DNA of 50,541 nucleotides, taken from NCBI GenBank assembly GCA_017997335.1, contig JAGOFG010000001.1:1-50541 (forward strand), read 5' to 3'. The position numbers and the translations under genes were made by a program. The notes beneath the pieces are model-generated. The model had not been told where the DNA came from and did no database searches. It was given only the letters and a program-made list of their open reading frames with translations. Source of the DNA: Flavobacterium sp. GTDB lineage: Bacteria > Bacteroidota > Bacteroidia > Flavobacteriales > Flavobacteriaceae. Below, piece by piece: positions 15,715 through 26,123 of the stretch (positions within the stretch are counted from its first letter, which is position 1; the number at the start of each line of letters is the position of its first letter).

Positions 15715-17046
15715 TTATATTTCGTTTTTCCAATTCAAACGGTCTTGTTGATTGTATTGCCAAGGAGCTCCGTTGTTTTCTATATTCGTCATCATTGCAT
15801 TCAAAGGCATTGGTGCAGCACTTTGCTCCATCACTAAATAACGACGCATATCTAAAATAATAGATAATGGACTAATATTTACAGGACATTCTTCAACACA
15901 AGCATTACAAGAAGTACATGCCCAAAGTTCTTCGGCAGTAATATAATTATTCAAAAGCGAAACTGAATCTGGCACAAAAACACCTTTATTCTTATCGATA
16001 TTTCTTCCAACTTCCTCTAAACGATCTCTAGTATCCATCATAATCTTACGTGGAGACAATTTCTTTCCCGTTTGATTTGCTGGACATGAAGAAGTACAAC
16101 GTCCACATTCTGTACAAGTATATGCATTCATTAACTGTACCCAATTCAAATCCATTACATCACTTGCACCAAATTTACTTGGAGCAGCATTAGCATCTGC
16201 GGGAGCTGCAAAGGGATCTGCATTTGGATCCATCATTAACTTCACTTCATTTGTAACCGAAGATAAATTATCAAATTGACCTTGAGGTTTTAAGTTGGCA
16301 AAATAAGTATTGGGGAAAGCCAAAAGAATATGTAAGTGTTTTGAAAAATATAAATAATTCATAAAAATCAAAATACCTATAATATGCAACCACCAAAAAG
16401 CTTCTGATAAAAGCATCACCAATTCGTTAGACATTCCATTGAAAATTGGCTCTATAAATTGACTGATTGGAAAGGAACCCGCTTTGATGAAATGAGAAAA
16501 GCCTCCCGGTACTTGTTGCAAATGCAAATCGGATGCATTCATTAACAAAAACAAAGACATCAAAACTACTTCGAAATATAAAATATAATTCGCGTCATTC
16601 TTAGGATATCCGTTCAAATCAGAACTTATAAAACGTTTTAAACGAATAATATTTCTTCTGGTCCAAAAAGTAAAAACAGCCAGTAATACTAAAACAGCTA
16701 AAATCTCAAAAGAACCAATCAGGAAATCGTAAGTTCCGCCCAAAAAAGCAAAAACACGATGTGTGCCAAAAAGTCCATCAATAATGATTTCTAATAATTC
16801 AATATTAATGATTATGAATCCAAGGTAAACAACAATATGTAAAATTCCAGCAACTGGTCTTTTTACCATTTTTGATTGTCCTAAGGCAATCATTGCCATA
16901 TTTTTCCATCGCTCTTTAGGATTATCACTTCGGTCAACTGCAGTACCTAACTTAATGTTTCGAATGATTTTTTTGACATTCATAAAGAAATATCCAAAAC
17001 CAATTGCCAAAACGATGGCGAACAATACATTGTCTAAAAAATCCAT
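15715..17046 (-). CDS. Membrane Fe-S oxidoreductase subunit (NarI/HdrE-like TM domain plus 2x[4Fe-4S])
   Basis: About 5 TM helices with His residues (GILH, WWLH, SKHLH), then CTECGRCTSSCP and CTSCNACVEECP. Confidence 0.88.
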   Translation of the reverse strand: MDFLDNVLFAIVLAIGFGYFFMNVKKIIRNIKLGTAVDRSDNPKERWKNMAMIALGQSKMVKRPVAGILHIVVYLGFIIINIELLEIIIDGLFGTHRVFAFLGGTYDFLIGSFEILAVLVLLAVFTFWTRRNIIRLKRFISSDLNGYPKNDANYILYFEVVLMSLFLLMNASDLHLQQVPGGFSHFIKAGSFPISQFIEPIFNGMSNELVMLLSEAFWWLHIIGILIFMNYLYFSKHLHILLAFPNTYFANLKPQGQFDNLSSVTNEVKLMMDPNADPFAAPADANAAPSKFGASDVMDLNWVQLMNAYTCTECGRCTSSCPANQTGKKLSPRKIMMDTRDRLEEVGRNIDKNKGVFVPDSVSLLNNYITAEELWACTSCNACVEECPVNISPLSIILDMRRYLVMEQSAAPMPLNAMMTNIENNGAPWQYNQQDRLNWKNEI

Positions 17047-17050
17047 ATAA

Positions 17051-18016
17051 TTAGTTATTAGCTTTTACTATTGAATCAGCAGCAGGAGCTACATAAGGTT
17101 TATTTTTCTTTCCAAAGACAGAAACATTAACGTATCTCGTAGGGTTCAAGCGAACATCTTGAAGTAACAATTCCAACTCTTTTGATGTTTTTGATAAATT
17201 AGCATATAGTGCTTCATCATTAAGTAACTTACCCATAGTTCCTTTTCCTGATTGCAAATTACTCATTAACTTGTCTACATTAGCCAAAGTTCTATTCAAT
17301 TCTTTTACTGTTTTTCCTAAATCAGCTTTTTGTAAAGAATCTGAAATTTTAGAAAAATCACCAGAAACTTTATTAAAATTAGTTACTATGCCATTAATTT
17401 TAGACTTATTCGTATCTAAAATTCCATTAACACTAACCGAAGCTTTATGAAATTGCTCCATAGTCTTACTCAATTCAGCCAAGCTGTTTTTCAAATCAGC
17501 TTGTCCTTTTTGATCTAAAACAGTATTGATTCCGTTAATCATTTGATCAGCACTTACCAATAATTTTTCAATTTTTTGCTGGACTGGAACTAGTTTTTCG
17601 CCTACACTTGCAGCCATACCTAATTCAATGTCACCTTTTATAGTTGCACCATCTGCAATTAAGGATGTATCATTAAGATTTGGACGAATAGCAATTTGCT
17701 TACCTCCTATCAATCCCGGTTCATAGATAACTGCAGTACTGGTTTTAGAAATTGGAAAATCTGTATTTATTTGTAATTCAACTTGAAGTTTTCCTGTAGT
17801 GTTGTTAATAGTAATACTGGCAACTTTACCAATCACTAATCCATTTAACGTTACTGCAGAGGAAGGAGCAATCCCTTCTACATTACTATATTCTACAAAA
17901 TAAGTCTTATAGTTAGTAAAAAGATCTCGGCCTTTTAAAAAGCTATAACCCCAAATAAATAATAAAATAGCAGTAATTACTATAATAGCTGTTTTGATTT
18001 CTCTTGTTAGTTTCAA
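17051..18016 (-). CDS. mlaD: MCE/MlaD family protein
   Basis: N-terminal TM, V.LNGLVIGKV and GLIGGKQIAI MCE motifs, long helical tail with GTMGKLLND..LY; TTG start. Confidence 0.85.
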   Translation of the reverse strand: MKLTREIKTAIIVITAILLFIWGYSFLKGRDLFTNYKTYFVEYSNVEGIAPSSAVTLNGLVIGKVASITINNTTGKLQVELQINTDFPISKTSTAVIYEPGLIGGKQIAIRPNLNDTSLIADGATIKGDIELGMAASVGEKLVPVQQKIEKLLVSADQMINGINTVLDQKGQADLKNSLAELSKTMEQFHKASVSVNGILDTNKSKINGIVTNFNKVSGDFSKISDSLQKADLGKTVKELNRTLANVDKLMSNLQSGKGTMGKLLNDEALYANLSKTSKELELLLQDVRLNPTRYVNVSVFGKKNKPYVAPAADSIVKANN

Positions 18017-18032
18017 AATATAAGATTTTGCG

Positions 18033-18040
18033 CAAAAATA
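18033..18040 (-). promoter_or_regulatory. -7 promoter box for the mlaD/Fe-S operon
   Basis: TATTTTTG followed by CG, 16 nt upstream of the TTG start. Confidence 0.6.
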
Positions 18041-18064
18041 ATATAAAAATTTAACTTCAATGAA

Positions 18065-19210
18065 TTATTTAATCGCTTCTTGAATACTAATTTTCTTTCC
18101 ATTTTTATAAGCTATTAAAAAAGCAGAATCATAGCCTTTTGCTTTAGCCGTTTTTAAATTTTCTTTGGCTACATTGTAGTCTGCGGTTTCACCATAAAAA
18201 TATTTATACAAATTATTGTCACGCTCCATAGAAATAAAATTTAATCCTTTAAAATTCTTAGGTTGCAACTCTAATTGAATATAACTAGCAGATAATTGCA
18301 CTTTAAAAATTGTCCCAGTAGTTGGTACTGTAGCAACCTTAGGGACCTCGTGAAAATCAGAAGTATCTTTGGGTTTTATTACCTCTTTTTTTTCTGTGGT
18401 ATCTGCTTTAGGTGCTGGAAAGTTTTCAAAACCCTCACTTTCAAAAAATTCGGTCTTATATTTTAAAATGGCTTTAGCAATTGCTTGAGCGATATCATTC
18501 TGTCCTTCTTCTGAAACCAAAATTGCTCCTTCTACAGCATTAGAAATAAATCCCATCTCTACCAAAACTCTTGGCATATATGCTCTATGCAAGACCAGAT
18601 ATGGCGCTTGTTTAACGCCTCCTCCTCGTATTTTTTTCCCGAGATTTTGAAACTCATTTTCAATTTCTGATGCTAATGAGATACTATTATCTAAATACTC
18701 CTCTTGCATCAAAGTCATTCCAATCATAGTCTCTGGAGAGTTAGGGTCAAAACCTTCATATTTTTGCTTATAATCTTTTTCCAAAGTAATTACGGAGTTC
18801 TCTTTTTTAGCCGCTTCTAGGTTTGAAGCAATTTTAGTCATCCCCATTACATAAGTTTCGGTACCATCAGCAGCTAAATTTTTGTTTGCATTACAATGTA
18901 TAGATACAAAAATTGAGGCTCTTGCTTTATTTGCGATATTTGCACGTTCATTTAACTCTATAAATACATCCGTTTTTCGTGTATAAACTACTTCAACTTT
19001 TTTAGAATCTTCAAGAATTTTTCCAACCTTCAAAACTACCGCTAATGCAACATCTTTTTCAACTCGGCCGCTGTATTTTGCACCTGTATCATGACCTCCG
19101 TGTCCCGCATCTAAAGCCACACGAAAAACTTCGGATTGACTGTAAGAAAAAAAAGAAAAAAAGAAGAAGGTAATAATAAACATTACTTTTAGACAAATCT
19201 TCGTATTCAT
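18065..19210 (-). CDS. N-acetylmuramoyl-L-alanine amidase (Amidase_3) with SPOR-like C-terminal domain
   Basis: LDAGHGGHD, EK, SIHCN, VLVEMGF; C-terminal FKVQLSA...YKYFYG...KGYDSAF. Confidence 0.92.
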   Translation of the reverse strand: MNTKICLKVMFIITFFFFSFFSYSQSEVFRVALDAGHGGHDTGAKYSGRVEKDVALAVVLKVGKILEDSKKVEVVYTRKTDVFIELNERANIANKARASIFVSIHCNANKNLAADGTETYVMGMTKIASNLEAAKKENSVITLEKDYKQKYEGFDPNSPETMIGMTLMQEEYLDNSISLASEIENEFQNLGKKIRGGGVKQAPYLVLHRAYMPRVLVEMGFISNAVEGAILVSEEGQNDIAQAIAKAILKYKTEFFESEGFENFPAPKADTTEKKEVIKPKDTSDFHEVPKVATVPTTGTIFKVQLSASYIQLELQPKNFKGLNFISMERDNNLYKYFYGETADYNVAKENLKTAKAKGYDSAFLIAYKNGKKISIQEAIK

Positions 19211-19286
19211 AAATTTAAAAGTTAATTTTATTAGGAGGCGTCCGCTATAATTTTGTTAATTGATTATTTTTGCAAAAAAATATATG

Positions 19287-19294
19287 TAAGTTTG
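19287..19294 (+). promoter_or_regulatory. -7 promoter box for lptD-ridA
   Basis: TAAGTTTG with TTG at 19260-19262 or 19270-19272 upstream. Confidence 0.55.
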
Positions 19295-19343
19295 GTGCTT
19301 CAAAAAGTAAGCCATCATTTTTACAAAAATAGCATTAAATCCT

Positions 19344-22034
19344 TTGCATACAAACTTATTTAATATCGTTTTAATATCATTTTTTCTTACACTAGGAACT
19401 ACTAGTGCTTATTCGCAAGATATAAAGAAAAAAAATACTACTATTCCTCCAAAAAAGGAAACTACAAAAGCAAAAGAAGACAAAACTAAAAACATAGTCC
19501 CCGTTCCAACTAAAGATTCAATCAAAGCGGATACGGTCAAAGTAAAAAAGGCTTTCTTGGAAGGAAAAGTGAGATACAAAGCTCATGATTATACCAAAAT
19601 TGACCAAAAAAAGAAGCTGATTACACTTTACGACAAAGCCGAATTGTATTACCAGGACATTGAGTTAAAGTCAGGAATTATAGTTATGGATTATGAGAAA
19701 AATGAAGTATATGCTGGACGAATTAAAGACTCTACTGGTAAATACACGCAATACCCTAACTTCAAACAAGGTACTAATGTAGTTGAACCAGATTCGATAC
19801 GTTTTAATTTTAAAACAAAAAAAGCCTTGATTTGGAATTCAAGAACTGATCAAGGAGAATTTAAAATTAAAGCTGCCATTACCAAAAAAGAAAATGATTC
19901 GGTTTATTTCTTAAAAGGAGCACGATTTACTACCTCAAAAGATGTCGATAATCCGGAATATTATTTCCAAACCAATAAAGTAAAATTTATTCCTGGTAAA
20001 AAAGTTATTACTGGATTAACCAATATGGTCATTGCCGATGTACCAACACCAATTGGCCTTCCGTTTGCATACTTTCCAATGAGTAAAGAAACAAGCATTT
20101 CTGGTATTATTTTACCAAATTACAACGACTCTAATGCCCGTGGTTTTTCATTACAAAATTTTGGATATTACTTTGCTTTAAGTGATCATTATGACTTAAC
20201 AGTACTTGGTGATTACTATACCAACGGAAGTTACGGAATGCGCCTAGAATCTAGCTATGCGAAACGATACAATTATAGAGGAAATTTTAATTTTAGATTT
20301 GAAAACCTAATCAACAGTGAAAGAGGTTATCCAGATTACTCCAAACAGACTATTTACAACATTCAATGGTCTCATTCCAAAGACTCTAAATCCAATCCGA
20401 ATTCTACTTTCTCAGCCTCAGTAAACTTAGGTAGTAGTAAGTATTTCCAACAATCAATAAATGTCGTGAATTTAGGATCAAATCTAAACAACACATTGAG
20501 CTCTTCTGTTTCGTATTCCAAAACATTCAACTCTATACCACAAGTAAGAATGTCGCTATCCGCAACACATTCTCAAAACACTCAAACAAGCGAAATCAAT
20601 ATGACTTTGCCTACGCTTCAGTTAAGTGTAGATAGAGTTTTTCCCTTTGCAAAAGGAGATGGAATCAAGAAAGGAATAATAAAAAACATCAATTTTCAAT
20701 ACAACTTAAACGGAAGAAATAGCTTTGTAACCACCGACTCTTTATTCTTTAAACCTGAAATGTTTAAAAATGCTCAAGTTGGTATGCAACACAGTATCCC
20801 TATTAGCACCAACTTTAAGTTATTCAAATATTTTAGTGCTTCGGCTTCGGCAAATTATAACGAAGTTTGGTATTTAAAAACCATTAGAAGATTTTATGAT
20901 ACCAACCAAAGTAAAGTCATTGACGAGACCGTAAACGGTTTTGATGCTTTTAGAACTTATACTTTGTCTAGTAGTATTGGAACCACTATTTATGGAACTT
21001 TTAACTTTGGTAAAGACAAAAAAATAAAATCCATTCGACACGTAATGCGACCGTCTATATCGTATGGTTATACTCCTAGTTTTGAAAAATACTATGACAC
21101 CTACGCAGCAGATGCAAGTGGAACGATGATCAAACCATACACCCGTTTTGAAGGTGGAATTTACGGAGCACCAGGTCTTGCCAATTCAAACAACATTGGG
21201 TTTGATTTAAGCAACACTTTTGAAGCCAAAGTAACTGATAGTGATACTACAAAGGTTGAACCTAAAAAAATTATGTTGCTAAACAATTTAAATCTTTCTA
21301 CCAGCTATGACCTTAATGCCGATGGAAAAACAACTTTAGCTTGGTCACCTGTTCGTGTAAGTGGTGGAACGCAATTGTTTAAAAACAAAATGAATGTGAA
21401 TTTTGGAGCCACTCTAGATCCTTATGCAATTGACAACTCTGGAAATCGAATCAATATGTACAACATAAACAATGGTGGAAGTTTATTCAGGATGACTAGC
21501 GCCAATATGACTTTAAATTACTCTATTTCAAGTAGTGAATTTGATGACACTAAAAAAGAAGATGACCAAGTAAAAAGAAATGGTGGAAGAGAAGATGACT
21601 TATTTGGAAAAAGCAGAGATGTTCTAAATCAAAAAAGTCAATTTGACGACAAAGACGATTCCAAAGGAGAAGATGCTATTACGACATTTTTTAAGTCTAA
21701 ATTGCCTTGGGATATGACTTTTGCTTACTCCCTAACCTACGGAAATAACAATCGTGAAAGGAAAATTATAAATAATTCCATAATGATTTCTGCTAATGCT
21801 GATTTAACCCCAAAATGGAAAGGTGGAATCTCTACAGGTTATGATTTTGTACAAAAAGGAGTAACTTTTACACAAATACGTTTCGAAAGAGATTTATTAA
21901 GCTGGAGAATGGATTTCAATTGGACACCTTTTGGAGACTATTCGAATTGGAATTTCTTCATCGGTATTAAATCAGGCGTATTAAGTGATATTAAGTGGAA
22001 TAAACAAAGAGTAAACGACAGAACCATACGATAA
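19344..22034 (+). CDS. lptD: Putative LPS-assembly outer-membrane protein LptD
   Basis: Signal peptide, OstA-like jellyroll region, PTPIGLPFAYFP..SGII.P motif, GYYF, large beta-barrel; TTG start. Confidence 0.85.
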   Translation: MHTNLFNIVLISFFLTLGTTSAYSQDIKKKNTTIPPKKETTKAKEDKTKNIVPVPTKDSIKADTVKVKKAFLEGKVRYKAHDYTKIDQKKKLITLYDKAELYYQDIELKSGIIVMDYEKNEVYAGRIKDSTGKYTQYPNFKQGTNVVEPDSIRFNFKTKKALIWNSRTDQGEFKIKAAITKKENDSVYFLKGARFTTSKDVDNPEYYFQTNKVKFIPGKKVITGLTNMVIADVPTPIGLPFAYFPMSKETSISGIILPNYNDSNARGFSLQNFGYYFALSDHYDLTVLGDYYTNGSYGMRLESSYAKRYNYRGNFNFRFENLINSERGYPDYSKQTIYNIQWSHSKDSKSNPNSTFSASVNLGSSKYFQQSINVVNLGSNLNNTLSSSVSYSKTFNSIPQVRMSLSATHSQNTQTSEINMTLPTLQLSVDRVFPFAKGDGIKKGIIKNINFQYNLNGRNSFVTTDSLFFKPEMFKNAQVGMQHSIPISTNFKLFKYFSASASANYNEVWYLKTIRRFYDTNQSKVIDETVNGFDAFRTYTLSSSIGTTIYGTFNFGKDKKIKSIRHVMRPSISYGYTPSFEKYYDTYAADASGTMIKPYTRFEGGIYGAPGLANSNNIGFDLSNTFEAKVTDSDTTKVEPKKIMLLNNLNLSTSYDLNADGKTTLAWSPVRVSGGTQLFKNKMNVNFGATLDPYAIDNSGNRINMYNINNGGSLFRMTSANMTLNYSISSSEFDDTKKEDDQVKRNGGREDDLFGKSRDVLNQKSQFDDKDDSKGEDAITTFFKSKLPWDMTFAYSLTYGNNNRERKIINNSIMISANADLTPKWKGGISTGYDFVQKGVTFTQIRFERDLLSWRMDFNWTPFGDYSNWNFFIGIKSGVLSDIKWNKQRVNDRTIR

Positions 22035-22045
22035 CAACTTTTTTT

Positions 22046-22426
22046 ATGAAAAAAATAATTTTTACAGACAAAGCACCTTCACCAATTGGACCTTACAATC
22101 AAGCCGTATTAAAAGGAGACACTTTATACACTTCTGGACAAATTGCCATTAATCCGGCAACTGGGGAATTAGTAACTGATACTATTCAAGCGGAAACGGA
22201 GCAAGTCATGCAAAATATGAAAGCGGTTTTAGAAGCAGCAAATATGACGTTTGAAAACGTAGTAAAAACTAGTATTTTCATTATGAATATGAATGATTTT
22301 GCAGCTATAAATGAGGTTTACGGTTCTTATTTTAACGAAAAAACCGCTCCAGCACGTGAAACGGTTCAAGTGGCATGTTTGCCAAAAAATGTAAATGTAG
22401 AAATATCTATGATTGCTGTGCTATAG
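22046..22426 (+). CDS. ridA: RidA/YjgF enamine/imine deaminase
   Basis: APSPIGPYNQA, SGQI, NEVY, PARET, LPKNVNVEI. Confidence 0.93.
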   Translation: MKKIIFTDKAPSPIGPYNQAVLKGDTLYTSGQIAINPATGELVTDTIQAETEQVMQNMKAVLEAANMTFENVVKTSIFIMNMNDFAAINEVYGSYFNEKTAPARETVQVACLPKNVNVEISMIAVL

Positions 22427-22781
22427 CATTTAGCAACAACTGAGCGGTAGCTCCATTCGTGGCCAATGGCACATTGTGTACATCACAAACCCGAATCAAC
22501 ATATTAATATCTGCCTCGTGTGGGTGACTGGATAACGGGTCTTTAAAAAAAAGCACCATATTCGTTTTCCCTTCACCTACTCTACCAGCAATTTGAGCAT
22601 CGCCTCCTAAAGGTCCCGAAAGCATTTTTTTTACTTTGAAACCAGCTTCTTCAGCTTTGCCTCCAGTAGTTCCAGTTGCAATTAACTTAATATTTGAAGA
22701 ATCAAGAATCGCTCTATTTTTTATTAAAAAATGAACCAATTCTGATTTTTTCCCATCGTGTGCAATAATAGCGATTTCCAT
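22407..22781 (-). CDS. mgsA: Methylglyoxal synthase
   Basis: IAHDGKK, ATGTTG, SGPLGGDAQI, DPL..HPHEAD, PLATN; start set at ATG 22781. Confidence 0.95.
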   Translation of the reverse strand: MEIAIIAHDGKKSELVHFLIKNRAILDSSNIKLIATGTTGGKAEEAGFKVKKMLSGPLGGDAQIAGRVGEGKTNMVLFFKDPLSSHPHEADINMLIRVCDVHNVPLATNGATAQLLLNAIAQQS

Positions 22782-22785
22782 TGTA

Positions 22786-23637
22786 TTAACTATTAGCAAC
22801 GTGATATGCAATTAAACCATCAATAGGTCTACGCAACACATTACCTAATTTCATTTCATACTTATCAAAAGTCACTTGTAATTCTTCTTTTAAATAAAAA
22901 GCAATAGATCCTACAAAATGAACAGGCACTTCTTGATAATTATCAAATTGCTTAATATAATTTTTTACGAAAGACTTCATTCCTTTGTAAATAATTTTTT
23001 TGCAGAATTCTTCTTCTTTACGCTTGATTAAAAACTTCGCAAATGTTGCCAAATATGCATTTGGATTAGGCTCTTTGTACAATTTACTTTTAATAAAGTC
23101 TGGATCAACATTGTATTCTTTTTCAAATTCTTCTGCAATGTGTTTTGGCATTTTATTAAAATAGTACTTTCTAATTAACTCTTTACCAAAAACATTTCCA
23201 CTACAATCATCCATGATAATGTACCCTAATGACTGTACTTTTTGATGCAATTTTTTTCCATCAAAATAACTACAATTTGAACCTGTTCCCAAAATACTAA
23301 CGATTGCTTCTTCTCCTTTTGGTGTAGTAGCATATACCGCAGCATAAGTATCTTCTTCTACCGTTACAATTGCATTTGGAAAATAGTCTTGAAAAATAAG
23401 CGTTAAGGACTCTTTCATTCGAGCTGTTCCGCAACCAGCACCGTAGAAAAACAAATGAGTTGCTGTTTTTTTGTTTTGTAAAATATCGAAACGATCATTC
23501 AAACGATCAATAATTTCGTGACCTTCTAAAATTTCAGGGTTTAATCCAAGCGTTTGGGTTGTAAATAGAACTTTTCCTTTGTCATCAATTGCAATCCAAT
23601 CTGCTTTTGTTGAACCACTGTCTACTATTAATTTCAT
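22786..23637 (-). CDS. BadF/BadG/BcrA/BcrD-family sugar kinase (N-acetylglucosamine-kinase-like)
   Basis: DSGSTKADW, FFYGAGC, ILGTGSN, LGY..D.SG, FVGSIA; start set at ATG 23637. Confidence 0.85.
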   Translation of the reverse strand: MKLIVDSGSTKADWIAIDDKGKVLFTTQTLGLNPEILEGHEIIDRLNDRFDILQNKKTATHLFFYGAGCGTARMKESLTLIFQDYFPNAIVTVEEDTYAAVYATTPKGEEAIVSILGTGSNCSYFDGKKLHQKVQSLGYIIMDDCSGNVFGKELIRKYYFNKMPKHIAEEFEKEYNVDPDFIKSKLYKEPNPNAYLATFAKFLIKRKEEEFCKKIIYKGMKSFVKNYIKQFDNYQEVPVHFVGSIAFYLKEELQVTFDKYEMKLGNVLRRPIDGLIAYHVANS

Positions 23638-23662
23638 ATACTTTTTTTTGAATTTGGTTTTA

Positions 23663-23714
23663 TATACAAAAATACACAAGAAATGGATTAAACCTTCTTG
23701 TGTGTTTTTGTATA
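23663..23714. repeat. 19/20-bp inverted repeat upstream of the kinase
   Basis: TATACAAAAATACACAAGAA...TTCTTGTGTGTTTTTGTATA. Confidence 0.75.
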
Positions 23715-23717
23715 AAC

Positions 23718-23752
23718 AAAAAGATTCCAAAAGCTAGTGCTTCTGGAATCTT
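23718..23752 (-). terminator. Intrinsic terminator or stabiliser hairpin after gapA
   Basis: Minus strand AAGATTCCAGAAGC-acta-GCTTTTGGAATC then TTTTTGTTT. Confidence 0.72.
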
Positions 23753-23762
23753 GCTTATCTTC

Positions 23763-24773
<1,011 letters not shown>

Positions 24774-24816
24774 TTAATTTAAATTATTTTTTATTTTTAT
24801 TTGTTTCTATATAAGA

Positions 24817-25803
24817 CTAAATCGACATAATATCAGATACTCTAAGTAACTCTCTGTCAATTTCTGTATGTCCTTTAATTGCTTGTTCTAGTGGTGTTAA
24901 TTCAATTTTATCATTTAATAATCCCACCATAAAATTTGTTTTTCCTTCAAGAATAGTTTCTACTGCTTTCACACCAAGTCTACTAGCTAAAACTCTATCG
25001 AAACAAGAAGGAGTGCCACCACGTTGCATATGACCTAACACCGAAACACGTACATCGTATTCAGGGAAATTAGATTCTACATAATCTTTTAGCTCAAAAA
25101 CATTTTTACCTGTTTTATCACCTTCAGCAATCACAACTATACTTGAGGTTTTTCCTGTAGATTTACTTTTCTTTAAGGAATCTAATAATCTTTCTAATCC
25201 TAAATCTTCTTCAGGAATTAAGATTTCTTCTGCTCCTGCTCCAATTCCAGCATTCAAAGCAATATGTCCAGCATCTCTACCCATTACTTCGATTAAGAAC
25301 AATCGATTGTGTGAACTTGCAGTATCACGAATTTTATCAATTACTTCTACTACTGTATTTAAGGCAGTATCATAACCTAAAGTATGGCTAGTCCCATATA
25401 TATCATTATCGATTGTTCCAGGAATCCCGATAACAGGAAAGCCATATTCGGTATTGAACAAAAGTCCACCAGTAAAAGAACCATCACCTCCAATAACTAC
25501 CAAGGCTTCAACACCTTCTTTAACTAAGTTATCATACGCTTTTTTGCGTCCTTCAGGAGTTCTAAATTCAAGAGAACGAGCTGACTTTAAAAAAGTTCCT
25601 CCTTTATTGATAATATTATTAACGCTTCTAGGACCTAATTCTTTGAAGTCTCCTTCAATCATTCCTTGATATCCTCTATAAATACCTACACACTCAATAT
25701 TATGAAATGCACAAGTTCTAACAACAGAACGTATTGCAGCATTCATTCCTGGTGAGTCACCTCCAGAGGTAAGTACACCTATTTTTTTTATTGTTTTTGA
25801 CAT
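24817..25803 (-). CDS. pfkA: ATP-dependent 6-phosphofructokinase
   Basis: TSGGDSPGMN, GGDGS, PGTIDND, EVMGR, LGHMQRGG. Confidence 0.97.
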   Translation of the reverse strand: MSKTIKKIGVLTSGGDSPGMNAAIRSVVRTCAFHNIECVGIYRGYQGMIEGDFKELGPRSVNNIINKGGTFLKSARSLEFRTPEGRKKAYDNLVKEGVEALVVIGGDGSFTGGLLFNTEYGFPVIGIPGTIDNDIYGTSHTLGYDTALNTVVEVIDKIRDTASSHNRLFLIEVMGRDAGHIALNAGIGAGAEEILIPEEDLGLERLLDSLKKSKSTGKTSSIVVIAEGDKTGKNVFELKDYVESNFPEYDVRVSVLGHMQRGGTPSCFDRVLASRLGVKAVETILEGKTNFMVGLLNDKIELTPLEQAIKGHTEIDRELLRVSDIMSI

Positions 25804-26076
25804 TTTTTAAGTATTAATATGTAAATTTAATAAACATAGACTACTTTTAATAATATCTTATTATATTTTTAATAAAAGAGCCGAAATTCAAACGTTTTCG
25901 TTGATAAGTTTTGGTTTTAGCAAAAAAAATTCATTAATTTTCAACAAAAACCAATAAAATAGTTTTTTTTTGCATTATTGTCAAAATTCAGAAAAACATC
26001 ACTAATTGATTCACTTACAATTATTTATAAATGAGTGTAAAAAACTATTTATCAATGAATTATTTTGAGTCTTTAT

Positions 26077-26117
26077 AAAAAAAAGCCAGTTGAAATAAAA
26101 TATACAACTGGCTTTTT
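26077..26117 (-). terminator. Intrinsic terminator after tamB
   Basis: GCCAGTTG/CAACTGGC stem flanked by A8 and T5. Confidence 0.85.
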
Positions 26118-26123
26118 GTCGAT

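Noticed and set aside
19292-19363. Upstream TTG ORF that would join lptD if one T were removed from the T5 run at 19318-19322 (frameshift or phase variation)
   Set aside because: That TTG is part of the TAAGTTTG promoter box, T5 is too short for a contingency tract, and TTG 19344 already gives a complete signal peptide.
23638-23730. 31-aa N-terminal extension of the sugar kinase
   Set aside because: It reads through the two hairpins; the family motif begins at MKLIVDSGSTK.
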